Assembly: GCA_025059205.1 (NCBI GenBank)
Contig: JANXDS010000001.1
Span: forward strand, 76,014-140,013
Reading direction: 5' to 3'
DNA length: 64,000 nucleotides
From: Aigarchaeota archaeon
GTDB lineage: Archaea > Thermoproteota > Nitrososphaeria_A > Caldarchaeales > Wolframiiraptoraceae
A program made the translations under genes and the position numbers. The notes under the pieces were generated by a model. It did not search any database. It saw nothing but the letters and a program-made list of their open reading frames with translations, and was not told where the DNA came from. Below are positions 10,338 through 20,556 of the stretch, piece after piece; position 1 is the first letter of the stretch; every line of letters begins with the position of its first letter.

Positions 10338-11151
10338 GCCTCTTCAGCTCCTCTACTATGCTTTTCACAGCCTCTTCGACCGATATGACTTTAGCGTTAA
10401 AGCCTAAGTCTACTAACCTGGACATCGTTGCAGCCACTTGCGGCATGAGTATTGAACAGCTGCTAAGCAGTTCGCCATCCGTCAGTATGACGTCGGCTCT
10501 ACCATCGGCGACTATTCTTCCCTTTGACATCAGAATAACTCTCGGTCTAAGTTCTGCGACAAACTCCACATCATGCGTCGAGATTATGACGGTCCTTCCC
10601 TGTAAGCTCAGCTGCTTTATCATTTCCTTTAGCTTCTCCTTCTGTGCGCTATCTTGGCCGATGGTAGGCTCATCCATCGCTATGACTTGGGGGTTCCATG
10701 CTAAGATTATCGCGAGGGCCAACCTCTTCTTCTCACCACCGCTTAGCAGAAAGGGAGATCTGTGTTTGTATTCCTCCAGTTCCATGAATCTAAGGGCCCA
10801 GTCTACCCTTTTCTGTACAACGTCTTCGTTAAAGCCCAGATTCCTCAACGAGAAGGCAACTTCTTCCTCGACCGTCGGAAGGAAGAACATATCATCGGCG
10901 TTCTGAAATACCACACCTACAATCCTGGATAGTTGTGCCACGCTAAGTGTCTTGGTGTTCTTCCCGTCTACGTACACGTTGCCGTTAGTGGGCTTTAGGA
11001 GACCGTTCAGATGTTTTATGAACGTAGTCTTGCCAGCACCATTCTCACCCATTAGTGCCACTAGCTCGCCTCTTCCGATTTCGATACTGACACCATTTAG
11101 TGCCCTCACACCCGTCGGGTAAACGTAGGTTACGTTATCGAACCTTATCAT
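10315..11151 (-). CDS. ecfA2: ECF transporter ATPase (A')
   Basis: GENGAGKT, VFQN, LSGGEKKR, DEPT. Confidence 0.9.
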   Translation of the reverse strand: MIRFDNVTYVYPTGVRALNGVSIEIGRGELVALMGENGAGKTTFIKHLNGLLKPTNGNVYVDGKNTKTLSVAQLSRIVGVVFQNADDMFFLPTVEEEVAFSLRNLGFNEDVVQKRVDWALRFMELEEYKHRSPFLLSGGEKKRLALAIILAWNPQVIAMDEPTIGQDSAQKEKLKEMIKQLSLQGRTVIISTHDVEFVAELRPRVILMSKGRIVADGRADVILTDGELLSSCSILMPQVAATMSRLVDLGFNAKVISVEEAVKSIVEELKRLEHTRRF

Positions 11152-11989
11152 TGATGAACCTCCTTATGCCCCGCTCGAATTCTTCAGGACTGAGCGGCAT
11201 TTCATTAAACACTTGGATGTGTTTGTTCACACCTTTAGCCATGCCTACAACCTTTGGTACAGGTACGCCGTAAGATATCATTTCATCCGAGACGAAAATT
11301 TCCCTCGGTCTTCCGTCCTTGACTATCCTGCCCTTTTGCATCACGATCACCCTATCCACCTTATCGGCTAACAACTCAACTCTGTGCTCGGCAACTATGA
11401 TGCTAATTCCGAGTTCTTTCTTTATTCTCAGAATCGCCTCGGTTATCGACTTCGCAGATACAGGGTCTAATGAGGACGTGGGCTCGTCGAGTATCATGAG
11501 CTTAGGCATTAGCGCAAGAATCGAGGCAATGGCAACCTTCTGTTGCTGGCCACCCGACAACTCAAAAGGTGACCTCTTCCTCAAATCCTCTATTCCGACC
11601 GCCTTAAGTGCAAAATCCACTCTGCGTCTGATCTCGTCCCTTGGCATGCCCAAGTTCTCGAGCGCGAAGGCTACGTCATTCTCGACGGTCAATGAGAATA
11701 ACTGGTTCTCCGGGTTCTGGAATACCATGCCCACATGCTGGGACAACACATAAGTTGGCGTTTTGGAAACTTCCATGCCTGCGACCACTACTTTCCCATC
11801 AATCTTGCCAGCATAGAAATGTGGTATAAGACCGTTCAGACATCTACAGAGCGTTGACTTCCCGCAACCGCTTGGTCCGAGAAGAAGAACGAACTCTCCC
11901 TCCTCGATGCTGAGGTTTATGTCACTTATAGCAGGAACGTTAGAGCCGTTGTATGTGAATGTTAGCCCTTCGACCTTTACTATCTCCAT
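11135..11989 (-). CDS. ecfA1: ECF transporter ATPase (A)
   Basis: GPSGCGKST, VFQNPENQ, LSGGQQQ, DEPT. Confidence 0.9.
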   Translation of the reverse strand: MEIVKVEGLTFTYNGSNVPAISDINLSIEEGEFVLLLGPSGCGKSTLCRCLNGLIPHFYAGKIDGKVVVAGMEVSKTPTYVLSQHVGMVFQNPENQLFSLTVENDVAFALENLGMPRDEIRRRVDFALKAVGIEDLRKRSPFELSGGQQQKVAIASILALMPKLMILDEPTSSLDPVSAKSITEAILRIKKELGISIIVAEHRVELLADKVDRVIVMQKGRIVKDGRPREIFVSDEMISYGVPVPKVVGMAKGVNKHIQVFNEMPLSPEEFERGIRRFINDKVR

Positions 11990-11995
11990 TTTCGG

Positions 11996-13009
11996 TTACA
12001 CTCGGCTCAACCTCTCACCGAGCAAGCCTTCTAATAAGTTCAAACATAACTTAATGACCTCTTCTGGCGTTGATTTACAATATGCCCTCGCGGCCATGGC
12101 ATGTCCTCCACCGTAGCCTCCTAACCTTGCGCCAACAATCTGTGCCACATCTTTTCCTAGGTTTATGTTAGTTTTAGTGAAGAAGTCTTGCTGCGACCTC
12201 ATCGACACGGCGACTCCGTCTTTGTACTCGCCAGCTACTATTGAGACGTGACAGCCAAGCGATAGGATGGCCCTAGCGACAGACGTTTGGAAAGAATTCA
12301 CCTGCGAAGTTGCAACCAACCACTCGCAAGCCCTGTATAAGTTCATCCTCATAGCGCCTTTTAGACGTGCTATCCTTTCTGAGATATCGATTGGAACTTC
12401 TATTGCATGTATGCTCTTGGAAGGGTTGACACCAAGCCTTACGAGCTCGCAAACTTTGACCATAGTTTCCGGGTCGGCTATCGACAGTCTCGCGGTGTCA
12501 TAATAGATTCCAAGGAATAGTGCCTCCGCCTCCAACATGTCTAGCTTTACATCCATAAGTTGCAAGACATCCATCATAAGTTCGCAGAGCGCACGATAAT
12601 CTTCAGAAAGGAATGTCAAAAAACCTTGAGGATAACCGCCCTGCGGGGGTATGTGGTGGTCTATAATGCATATTTTACCCTGTAATTTCATGACGTCTTC
12701 GAGGTATTCGCCTACTTGCTCGAGCGAACCAACGTCTACTAGTATCACAGCATCTACATCACCTATGACTTCGCTCTTAACGTCGAGCTTAAGATAATTT
12801 ACCATAGCCTTCACTTGCGCCGACATTTCATCCGGTATGTACACGTGTACCGAAGTGCAGCCTATAACTTCCTCCAGAACTCTCTTGAGAACGTAGGCGG
12901 CACCGACAGCATCAGCATCGCCGCCGACGTGCGTTATTATGGCTACCCTCTTTCCACTCATAGATTTAAGGAAGCTACTGATGCCCCCGGCAAGTGTTCT
13001 GTCCTTCAT
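11996..13009 (-). CDS. DHH family phosphoesterase
   Basis: H..GDADA, VDVG, IDHH, GIYYDT and C-terminal GGGH. Confidence 0.9.
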   Translation of the reverse strand: MKDRTLAGGISSFLKSMSGKRVAIITHVGGDADAVGAAYVLKRVLEEVIGCTSVHVYIPDEMSAQVKAMVNYLKLDVKSEVIGDVDAVILVDVGSLEQVGEYLEDVMKLQGKICIIDHHIPPQGGYPQGFLTFLSEDYRALCELMMDVLQLMDVKLDMLEAEALFLGIYYDTARLSIADPETMVKVCELVRLGVNPSKSIHAIEVPIDISERIARLKGAMRMNLYRACEWLVATSQVNSFQTSVARAILSLGCHVSIVAGEYKDGVAVSMRSQQDFFTKTNINLGKDVAQIVGARLGGYGGGHAMAARAYCKSTPEEVIKLCLNLLEGLLGERLSRV

Positions 13010-13365
13010 GACGAGGTCTGCTGGCCGGACATGATTCTTTGTATGTCTTTCTGGACAGATTCTATCTGCGTCCTCATTTTTGCATCTTGCTTCTCCAAGA
13101 TTTTGAGCCTAGTTTCCGTCAGCTCCTTTTTGTCCTTTAGCTCAACCGTAAGCTTGTCCTTGTTCACTTTTACGAGTATTGGGCCTACGGCCTTGTATAC
13201 GATGGCACTCTCGTCGATTTTTTCAAGCTCTTCGAGCGCGCTTTTTATTTCTGCAAGCTCGGCTTCAAGCCTCTGTTTTTCCGCTAATAGAGCACTCAGC
13301 GTCTGCTGGAGCTGTTGTAGCCTGAGAAGTTGCTGCTGAACGTTCGGCGGTATTTCCTTCGACAA
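13006..13365 (-). CDS. pfdB: prefoldin beta subunit
   Basis: Coiled coils flanking VYKAVGPILVK; exosome superoperon context. Confidence 0.93.
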   Translation of the reverse strand: MSKEIPPNVQQQLLRLQQLQQTLSALLAEKQRLEAELAEIKSALEELEKIDESAIVYKAVGPILVKVNKDKLTVELKDKKELTETRLKILEKQDAKMRTQIESVQKDIQRIMSGQQTSS

Positions 13366-13436
13366 ACTACCACCCCATAGTAAACTTCTAATAACCCTGG
13401 TCTTCTCTTTTAAAACTTCCCTATAAACGTGTCTTG

Positions 13437-13694
13437 TTAAGCTTTACTGGATGCCAACTCATAAACCTGCAGGGCAGCGTCTATCCAACGTAAAAAGGAG
13501 TTGATGCCGGCCCTCATGGCCGTTAGGTCACTCGCGTTTAATTCCAGGTTAAGGAAATTATCGGAAGCCTCCAATCTCACAGTTACTCTCTTTGACGAGA
13601 GGCTGTCAGCCTCGATCTTTAACGCCCGAGCGATGACTTCCGACGCGTTCTCGTTTATCGGTATGGATATTCTGACCTTTAAATGTCGTTCCAT
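13437..13694 (-). CDS. pcc1: KEOPS complex subunit Pcc1
   Basis: ASDLTAMRAGINSFLRWI motif; conserved position after rpl37ae. Confidence 0.88.
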   Translation of the reverse strand: MERHLKVRISIPINENASEVIARALKIEADSLSSKRVTVRLEASDNFLNLELNASDLTAMRAGINSFLRWIDAALQVYELASSKA

Positions 13695-13700
13695 GTCCCA

Positions 13701-13925
13701 CTACTTTTTCGAAACGTATGGTGTATATGCGCCGCCTGCAAAGGTGTAACCGCACTTGCGACAGCTCCATACACCGATAAACTTCCGCTTGACGGCCATG
13801 ACACCGCACTTTGGGCACTCATAGGTTGCCTTTTGTTGTTGTTCTATCTCAAGCAGCCTCTTCCTTAAGGTCGCACCGTATCTCGCACCGAATCGTTTGA
13901 CGGTATTTCCGACTTTATTACCCAA
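13701..13925 (-). CDS. rpl37ae: 50S ribosomal protein L37Ae (eL43)
   Basis: RFGARYGATLRK, CPKCG..WSCRKC, FAGGAY. Confidence 0.97.
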   Translation of the reverse strand: MGNKVGNTVKRFGARYGATLRKRLLEIEQQQKATYECPKCGVMAVKRKFIGVWSCRKCGYTFAGGAYTPYVSKK

Positions 13926-14739
13926 CCCCTACGACCTCCTTAAACTGCGCCCTGATCTTGCGTATTTGTTCTTCTGCAACATCTATTATACTTTCCACCA
14001 AAGAAAGCGGTATATGTCCCGGAGAGTTCTTCTGTATCGCGACGACGTTAGATGCACTATCCATACACACGACGACCGAGGTATCTAAGGAGTCCTCTTC
14101 AACCAAACAAGGGTCTACTAGCAGCTTGTCTTTGATTATGCCTATGGTCGACGAAAGAGGCACGTCCCTAATAGGCACCTTTATGTACTCGCCCTCGATC
14201 TTCTCGCCAGTGGCCGAATACTTTGGCATGGTACAGGTCGCCAAAGCAGCCATCGCAGATATAACCGCCGGGTCGAAATAGTTACCATCATAATCCAACA
14301 CGTATATGTCTATGTATAAGACATAGGCTGTTTTTCCTGGAACGATGCAGAGTTTCTCGAGGTCTATCGCCTTTCCTTCGCGTATACATCTGTCCACAAC
14401 TCTCGCCAGCTCTATGCCCCTCTCATCGGGTGGACCTGGCTCGAAACTTTTGGATGCGAGCGGTAATAGCTCGGCATTAACGGAGAAGACACCCTCGTTA
14501 GGTCTATCGCTATAGGGCGTACCGAGCTCAACTTTTATTCCCGTAAGTATCCTCGTGCTTCCCATAGATACTAACGCCGAGCCGTTTGCCTTCTCCACAA
14601 CGTTTGTCTGTATCGTTATCTTCCTAAACTCGTACGGCGATCTCTCGTCTATCCTCTTTCCCTGCTGGAGTAGCTTGTATATCTTTTCGCTCATTATTTT
14701 TACAGTGAATGACTTTTCTTTGAGTGGAAGGAATGACAT
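13918..14739 (-). CDS. rrp42: exosome complex component Rrp42
   Basis: RNase PH fold; FEPGPPDE, ELARVVDR, LDYDGN. Confidence 0.95.
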   Translation of the reverse strand: MSFLPLKEKSFTVKIMSEKIYKLLQQGKRIDERSPYEFRKITIQTNVVEKANGSALVSMGSTRILTGIKVELGTPYSDRPNEGVFSVNAELLPLASKSFEPGPPDERGIELARVVDRCIREGKAIDLEKLCIVPGKTAYVLYIDIYVLDYDGNYFDPAVISAMAALATCTMPKYSATGEKIEGEYIKVPIRDVPLSSTIGIIKDKLLVDPCLVEEDSLDTSVVVCMDSASNVVAIQKNSPGHIPLSLVESIIDVAEEQIRKIRAQFKEVVGVG

Positions 14740-14742
14740 GGC

Positions 14743-15477
14743 TTAAACCTCCGTAGTGCTAATCCCATATCTTCTCCTAAGAGCTTCACGTTGGGCCTGG
14801 TAAATCTTCTGGATGCCCATCTGGGCTAGCTCGAGTCCTTGCTTAAACTCATCTTTCGTCATCTTTCCGTTTAGTTGGAGCAATACAACGGTGTTTGAGC
14901 TAGGTGCTATACCAACCGGCATATCGGCCTCTCCATACTTATCCTCTATATCTGAAGGGTCTAGGATAATGGTTCCGTCCACCTTACCGACAGCCACCGC
15001 CGCTATCAACTCCCTCATCGGTATGCCTGCATCTGCCAAGGCGAGTGAGGCAGCCGTAAGCCCCGCGGTCCTTGTGCCACCATCAGCCTGTACAACCTCC
15101 ACGAACACGTCTATGGCCGATCTTGGGAACTCTTCAAGGAACACGACAGACTCGAGCGCATCCCTTATGACCTTAGAGAGCTCTATCTCCCTCCTCGTCA
15201 TGCCGAGGATTTTTCGTTCATCCGTGCTAAAGGACGTCATGTGGTACCTACAGTTGAGTATCGCCCTATCCGGTATAGCTAGGTGCTTCGGATGAGCCTC
15301 TTTTGGTCCATATACGGCAGCATACACCTTCGTCTTGCCCAGCTCCACGTACGCAGAACCATCGCTCTTCTCCAGAACGCTAACCTCTATCTTTAGGGGT
15401 CTTAGATCCGTCGGGCCCCTTCCATCCAACCTTTTACCGTTCTCGTCAATGAGCTTAGGCTTTATCATCTGCGTCAT
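14743..15477 (-). CDS. rrp41: exosome complex exonuclease Rrp41
   Basis: [31 protein letters not shown]; ATG at 15477 follows GGTGAGG. Confidence 0.96.
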   Translation of the reverse strand: MTQMIKPKLIDENGKRLDGRGPTDLRPLKIEVSVLEKSDGSAYVELGKTKVYAAVYGPKEAHPKHLAIPDRAILNCRYHMTSFSTDERKILGMTRREIELSKVIRDALESVVFLEEFPRSAIDVFVEVVQADGGTRTAGLTAASLALADAGIPMRELIAAVAVGKVDGTIILDPSDIEDKYGEADMPVGIAPSSNTVVLLQLNGKMTKDEFKQGLELAQMGIQKIYQAQREALRRRYGISTTEV

Positions 15478-16144
15478 ATGAAACCTCACCACCAACCAAC
15501 TTGCTTACGTATGCCATAACTTTATCAGTCAAGCCTTGGGAGTGTGCCTCCCTTTCTATAAGCCTTATCGCGGATATCGCGGCAAACTCTTTCGCGGGTG
15601 ATGGACCGTTTACGATTATAAAACCGTTTGTGCCGACTACTATGTTGCATCCAGTAATCTTCTTAAGCATGTTTATCATAGAGCCCCTCTTTCCTATCAG
15701 CCTAGGTATCTTCGTAGGAGTCATCATCAGAAGCACGCCCTCGTTTATCTTCTTAAATTGTTCGTTCACCTCCAGCAAAACTCCTTTAAGCCCACTGCTT
15801 GCAACCCTCGCATAAATAACATCCCCAACTTTTAAGTCGAGCGATACGAGTTCCTTTGCATTCTTAACTTTAAGCAACGCCGTCACGTAACCTCCAAGGT
15901 CGACCTCCACGCCTATCGGTTTTATATCCGATACTATGCCGATGACCATGTCACCAACCATCGGCTTATAAGGTCCTCTGAACGTTATGACCTCTACTTT
16001 TCCATCCCTTATCGTTGCCGCGCCGACCGTGGAAGCGTAAACTTTTCCATTCATGACATATGTGCCCTCGCCAGCCCTCCTGCTATCATCGGACAGAAGT
16101 TGTCCTGGCAAAACAATTTCTCTATCGTTAAAGTAAATAGGCAT
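15455..16144 (-). CDS. rrp4: exosome RNA-binding protein Rrp4
   Basis: IVLPGQ, Y.P.VGD.VIG S1 domain, KH motif [12 protein letters not shown]. Confidence 0.93.
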   Translation of the reverse strand: MPIYFNDREIVLPGQLLSDDSRRAGEGTYVMNGKVYASTVGAATIRDGKVEVITFRGPYKPMVGDMVIGIVSDIKPIGVEVDLGGYVTALLKVKNAKELVSLDLKVGDVIYARVASSGLKGVLLEVNEQFKKINEGVLLMMTPTKIPRLIGKRGSMINMLKKITGCNIVVGTNGFIIVNGPSPAKEFAAISAIRLIEREAHSQGLTDKVMAYVSKLVGGEVSYDADDKA

Positions 16145-16153
16145 GCGCACCAC

Positions 16154-16849
16154 CTACTCTATAGGTCTTGCTTCTGCTCTTCCCGAACAGAGCTTGTTGA
16201 GCTTCTCTATTAGGTCAGCCTGAAGACCAACCATCACTTCAACTTCGCCGACCCAGCTACCGTCACCTTTATACTCTTCCTTTATTATCTTCCCGACGTT
16301 CTTCAAAAGACCGTACGCCTTACCTACAAACTCGCCGGGCACCCTGACGTACATTCTCGCCATGCCTACCTTCATCGGTAGTATCGGGCTAAGCTTCTCT
16401 ATAACTTTCGTTGCTTGCTCTTTTGCGTCAATGAACGGGTCTATCGATACGCCTGCTTGTTCCATAGCCAGCTCGATTCTCTGCGGTGGATGGGGTAACC
16501 TCGTCCTCGGGTCGACCGCGTTCTTGGATATGAACTCTATTATTTGCCTCTTCTTTTCCTCTATCAGTCTATGCCTTTGCTCGGACGTTATCTGTAGGGT
16601 CCCCTCGGTGAGTATCTTGGTAGCTATAGCCAGCTTGTCCTTCGTCTTAAAAGTCTTCAGCAATTGTTCCTCCGATGCCCTTATGCCCTTCTTAGCGTCG
16701 GTGTAGATCTCTTCGTATATAAGAACCTTCGAGATGGGAACCTTTTCGCCCATCTTGTACTTGAGCGCGTTATCCGGGTCTACGAGTATCTCGAACGTTT
16801 CACCGCGTACTAACCTTGCGATAGTATACGACTCCTTTTGTTTTGTCAT
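16154..16849 (-). CDS. ribosome assembly factor SBDS/Sdo1
   Basis: FEILVDPD, DPRTRLPHPPQRIE. Confidence 0.95.
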   Translation of the reverse strand: MTKQKESYTIARLVRGETFEILVDPDNALKYKMGEKVPISKVLIYEEIYTDAKKGIRASEEQLLKTFKTKDKLAIATKILTEGTLQITSEQRHRLIEEKKRQIIEFISKNAVDPRTRLPHPPQRIELAMEQAGVSIDPFIDAKEQATKVIEKLSPILPMKVGMARMYVRVPGEFVGKAYGLLKNVGKIIKEEYKGDGSWVGEVEVMVGLQADLIEKLNKLCSGRAEARPIE

Positions 16850-16862
16850 TCTAAAAACCCGA

Positions 16863-17612
16863 CTATTTCAAAACATGGGATCTGTATTTTTCCATCATCT
16901 CTTTGATGTACTTGTCAAGCTCCGAGGGCGGCATAGGCGAATACTTCCTAGTGGACGTGGGTATCGTGACGAGCCTAATGGTCCATCCTTCATCTATCTT
17001 CTCAGCTTGGATTATCAAGGACGCGACGGCTAACCTTATGGCATCCTCTAGGCTTATGTCGTTTCTGTAGTTCGCCTCCAAGAACTCCTTTACTTTGTCG
17101 GCACCCCTTCCTATAGACCACGAAAAGTACTCCAAAACTAGACCGCTTGGTTCTGTGTAGAATACGTGCGGGCCAGTCTTGTCAACACCGCCGATCAACA
17201 GAGCAGCACCAAACGGTCTCACGCCTGCGTGTTGTGTATACATCTGCATAATGTCCCCGACCCTCTTTCCGATAGCCTCTACTGTCGCTGCATCGTCGTA
17301 TGAGAGCCTTATTATCTGCGCGTATATTCTTGCATTATCCACCAAAACTCTCGCATCGGAGTTTAGACCTGCAGCTGCCGCCCCTATGTGTTCGTCAATC
17401 TGGAAAAGCTTCCATGAATATTCCGGATTCTGGAGCTTTGTATGCATCCTTTCCTCAACTGCTAAAACAACGCCCTCTTTCGATGTTATGGCAACGACTG
17501 TAGAACCAGACCTTACAGTCTCGAGGGCATACTCTACCTGGTACAATCTTCCTTGTGGCGAGAAGACAGTAATCGCTCTGTCGTAAGCTCCCGCTATACC
17601 TAACGCTGCCAT
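16863..17612 (-). CDS. psmA: proteasome alpha subunit
   Basis: YDRAITVFSPQGRLYQVEYA, RPFG. Confidence 0.97.
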   Translation of the reverse strand: MAALGIAGAYDRAITVFSPQGRLYQVEYALETVRSGSTVVAITSKEGVVLAVEERMHTKLQNPEYSWKLFQIDEHIGAAAAGLNSDARVLVDNARIYAQIIRLSYDDAATVEAIGKRVGDIMQMYTQHAGVRPFGAALLIGGVDKTGPHVFYTEPSGLVLEYFSWSIGRGADKVKEFLEANYRNDISLEDAIRLAVASLIIQAEKIDEGWTIRLVTIPTSTRKYSPMPPSELDKYIKEMMEKYRSHVLK

Positions 17613-17722
17613 CTTATATCTATCCCCTTATTTCTAAAAATTGGAAGTATTTTGGCATTAATTAAACATATCTCCCATTAAAAGTTCTTGATTTGCCGGC
17701 TGATACGCGTACAGTGCCAGCC

Positions 17723-18394
17723 TCAGTCTTCTTTATTTAGTATTCTTACTTCGCACTTGGCCAGCTTTTTGAACTGCTCAGCATCCTTTTCTGAGCCGAC
17801 TATCGCGCCGTAGTGCATGGGTATGGCAAGCTTCGGCATTATGGTGTTCGCGGCAGAAGCAGCCTCCTCAGCCGTCATGACGTACGTTCCGCTGACCGGA
17901 ACCAAGAAAACATCTACCTTTAATTCCTTCATCTCCGGTATAAAATCCGAGTCGCCTGTATGGTATATGCTTATGCCCTTCATGTTAACTATGTAGCCGA
18001 CACCGCCCGCATCCTTTGGATGAAATGGCCTTCCAGGTTCCCTGAATTTCGTAATGTTATACGCAGGTACGGCCTTTATCTTTATACCGTCGACCTCAAG
18101 CTCATCACCAGGCTTCACGTACTTTATCTCCTTTGCCTTCACTCTTCCCAACTGGTTTGCACAAGGTTTAGCAGCTATTATCACACACTTCTCAGAAGAT
18201 ATCTTGTTGATATCATCAACACTGAGATGATCAAAATGCTCGTGCGTTATTAAGATTATATCCGCCATCTCTTTTCCCTTTATCTTGTAAGGGTCTATGT
18301 AGATCGTTTTGTCGTCTTTCAACCTGAAAGCATCGTGACCGAGCCAGCTTATCTTAACGCCCCCAAACTCTGTTGGCATACCGTACAACCCCAC
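17723..18394 (-). CDS. metallo-beta-lactamase fold hydrolase
   Basis: WLGH, THEHFDH, YHTGD, IPMHYG. Confidence 0.9.
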   Translation of the reverse strand: MGLYGMPTEFGGVKISWLGHDAFRLKDDKTIYIDPYKIKGKEMADIILITHEHFDHLSVDDINKISSEKCVIIAAKPCANQLGRVKAKEIKYVKPGDELEVDGIKIKAVPAYNITKFREPGRPFHPKDAGGVGYIVNMKGISIYHTGDSDFIPEMKELKVDVFLVPVSGTYVMTAEEAASAANTIMPKLAIPMHYGAIVGSEKDAEQFKKLAKCEVRILNKED

Positions 18395-18423
18395 ATTTAT
18401 TCCGAAGACTATGCTTAAAAAAG

Positions 18424-19299
18424 TTACGTCACCATGTTAAGCATCTCGATGAAGGCAAGTATCGCCGTGTAGTCAAGGTCACCGTACCGCTTTCCTGCTG
18501 CCCTATAGATCTGCTCAGCCAGCGACGCGAAAGGTAGGACGACGGAGAGTTCCTTAGCCGTCTCGTTTATTAGCCTAAGATCCTTCAACATCATATCGAG
18601 TGCAAAGGTCTTTTCGAACTTACCCTGCACCATCTTCGGCCCTTTCCTCTCGCTTAAACCTGTTCTGTACTCGGTCGAGTTAAGGACCTCTACGAAGGTG
18701 CTTGGGTCTACGCCCGAGGCCTTAGCCAACACAATACCCTCAGAGACCGCCACCGCGGTTAAGGCTACCTGCAGATTTAAGGCGAGCTTCAGGGCGTTCG
18801 CCTTTCCCTGACCGCCTATGTAGAATATCTTAGACGCGATGGCATCTAGCACGTCCTTGATGAGCTCATAGTGTTGCCCGCTACCGCTAACTAATATGAC
18901 GAGCATGCCACGCTCTGCCAGCGGAGGCCCGCCCATCACCGGTGTGTCCAGCATGACTATGCCTTCCCTCTCAAGTCTGCTAGATATCCTGACCGCCTCC
19001 GACGGGCTTATTGTGCTTACGTTCGCTACCACAACGTTCTTCCGAGCGCTGTAGGCTATGCCCCCTTCACCGAACATCACGCTTTCGAGTGCCACGGCAT
19101 CCTTCAGTATCGTCAGGACGACATCGGAGCTTTCCGCTACTTGCCTCGGTGTCTCCGCAACTTTTACGCCTATCGGTGCCAACTCCTCGACCTTACTCCT
19201 AGTCCTGTTAAACCCCAAAACTTCGTATCCTTTGCTGATTAACCTTCTAGCAATCGCGCTTCCCATCAATCCTGTTCCTATTATACCTACCTTACGCAT
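18424..19299 (-). CDS. NAD(P)-dependent beta-hydroxyacid dehydrogenase (3-hydroxyisobutyrate DH family)
   Basis: GIIGTGLMG, NRT, DTPVMGG, KLALN, KDL. Confidence 0.9.
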   Translation of the reverse strand: MRKVGIIGTGLMGSAIARRLISKGYEVLGFNRTRSKVEELAPIGVKVAETPRQVAESSDVVLTILKDAVALESVMFGEGGIAYSARKNVVVANVSTISPSEAVRISSRLEREGIVMLDTPVMGGPPLAERGMLVILVSGSGQHYELIKDVLDAIASKIFYIGGQGKANALKLALNLQVALTAVAVSEGIVLAKASGVDPSTFVEVLNSTEYRTGLSERKGPKMVQGKFEKTFALDMMLKDLRLINETAKELSVVLPFASLAEQIYRAAGKRYGDLDYTAILAFIEMLNMVT

Positions 19300-19350
19300 A
19301 CATTAAAGAAACTAATCAGCACTTTTATCTTTGCTTTACTGGGCACCCGT

Positions 19351-19560
19351 TCAAACCGTTGACTTTTGCTTCTCAAACCGTTCTCTACGTAGCACAAAGA
19401 TTATGCCTACGCCACCAGCTACGATGAGCGAAGAGTACGTTACAGAAAGTACGAGAATCTCGTACCACTGAATGTTTTGCAATAGCACGAGCAGTGTCGG
19501 AAGACCTACGGCGCCTATGAGTATAATGAATTTGTATTGTAACAGTAGTCTTCTTCGCAT
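19351..19560 (-). CDS. small two-helix membrane protein, hypothetical
   Basis: Two hydrophobic segments; fills the gap between co-oriented genes; TTTATA upstream. Confidence 0.55.
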   Translation of the reverse strand: MRRRLLLQYKFIILIGAVGLPTLLVLLQNIQWYEILVLSVTYSSLIVAGGVGIIFVLRRERFEKQKSTV

Positions 19561-19608
19561 GAAGCGGCTTTAATTCTAATGCCCTATAAACTTTTACCAA
19601 AAACTACT

Positions 19609-20277
19609 CTAAAGCTTCAAGTTCAACCTTCTTTTTTCTTGACCGTAGCCTTTCAGGTATGCCTCTCTAAGCTTCCTCACTTCTTCAGCATCAAAGGGTT
19701 TTGCATAACCTAAGGAGCTTGCAAGAATGAACGTCCTCGCTTCGTCCTCTATCAACAAAGCTGTCTGGAATGCATCCTCTAAGGAATCACCGACCGCGAT
19801 TACGCCATGGTTCCTCAACAAAACCGCCTTTCCTTCACCCAGTGTCTTAACGACTTCTTCTGCAAACTCATGCGTGCCCGACGTGACGTAGCGTGTGACG
19901 GGTACTTTGTGACCTACAGCTGACGCAAACTCGGAGGTTAGCACCGGTATTTCCTGTCCGGCGACAGCTAATGCGGTTGCGTAATGCGAGTGTGTATGTA
20001 TTACTGCATTTACATCTTCTCTTACTTTGTAAATCAGGCTATGAACGGGCACTTCCGATGAAGGTTTCCATTTACCCTTGAGGACTTTGCCATGCAGGTC
20101 CATCAGAATGATGTCGCTCGGCTTCAGCGCTACCTTCTCGAAACCACTTGGTGTTATAAGCATCTTGTCTTTACCAAACCTTGCGCTTATGTTGCCCCAG
20201 GTCCCGGATAGGAGCCTATACTCGAAAGCCTTCTTTCCTACAGACACCAACTTCCTCCTAAGTTCTTGCTCCGACAT
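19609..20277 (-). CDS. class II aldolase/adducin family protein (FucA-like)
   Basis: GNIS, ITPSG, PSSE, HTHS, LRNHG. Confidence 0.9.
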   Translation of the reverse strand: MSEQELRRKLVSVGKKAFEYRLLSGTWGNISARFGKDKMLITPSGFEKVALKPSDIILMDLHGKVLKGKWKPSSEVPVHSLIYKVREDVNAVIHTHSHYATALAVAGQEIPVLTSEFASAVGHKVPVTRYVTSGTHEFAEEVVKTLGEGKAVLLRNHGVIAVGDSLEDAFQTALLIEDEARTFILASSLGYAKPFDAEEVRKLREAYLKGYGQEKRRLNLKL

Positions 20278-20337
20278 CTTCGCGGATGTCCCTAATCCTA
20301 AGCGAGCATAATAAACATTCTCTTACTCGTAATATGT

Positions 20338-20349
20338 AAAAAATAAAAT
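20338..20349 (-). terminator. oligo-T terminator candidate after the capsid operon
   Basis: ATTTTATTTTTT on the minus strand just after the stop at 20356. Confidence 0.4.
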
Positions 20350-20355
20350 GGGGGG

Positions 20356-20556
20356 CTAGGCGCTTCGGCTCGTCTTTTCCATCTCTTCCGATATGTGCCT
20401 CAGCAACCAGTCGTTCATGAATTGGCTGAAGCTCAAAGGTCTTCTACGTTCTTCGATCATCTTTTGGACTAGCTTTCGATGCAATCCTTCAAGATACTCG
20501 GCGACCTGCGGGTCAACGGTTATCGTCATCTTAACCTTAGCTGGAGGCATACCCAT
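20356..20556 (-). CDS. small ribbon-helix-helix-like DNA-binding protein
   Basis: N-terminal strand KVKMTITVD followed by helices (SFSQFMNDWL); TGATG overlap with the capsid gene stop. Confidence 0.6.
   Translation of the reverse strand: MGMPPAKVKMTITVDPQVAEYLEGLHRKLVQKMIEERRRPLSFSQFMNDWLLRHISEEMEKTSRSA

Noticed and set aside
20280-20356. attL/attR duplication of the tRNA-Gln 3' end at the left border of the capsid module
   Set aside because: No copy of TAGCCCGGGCCGGATTCGAACC or a recognizable part of it was found there by eye.
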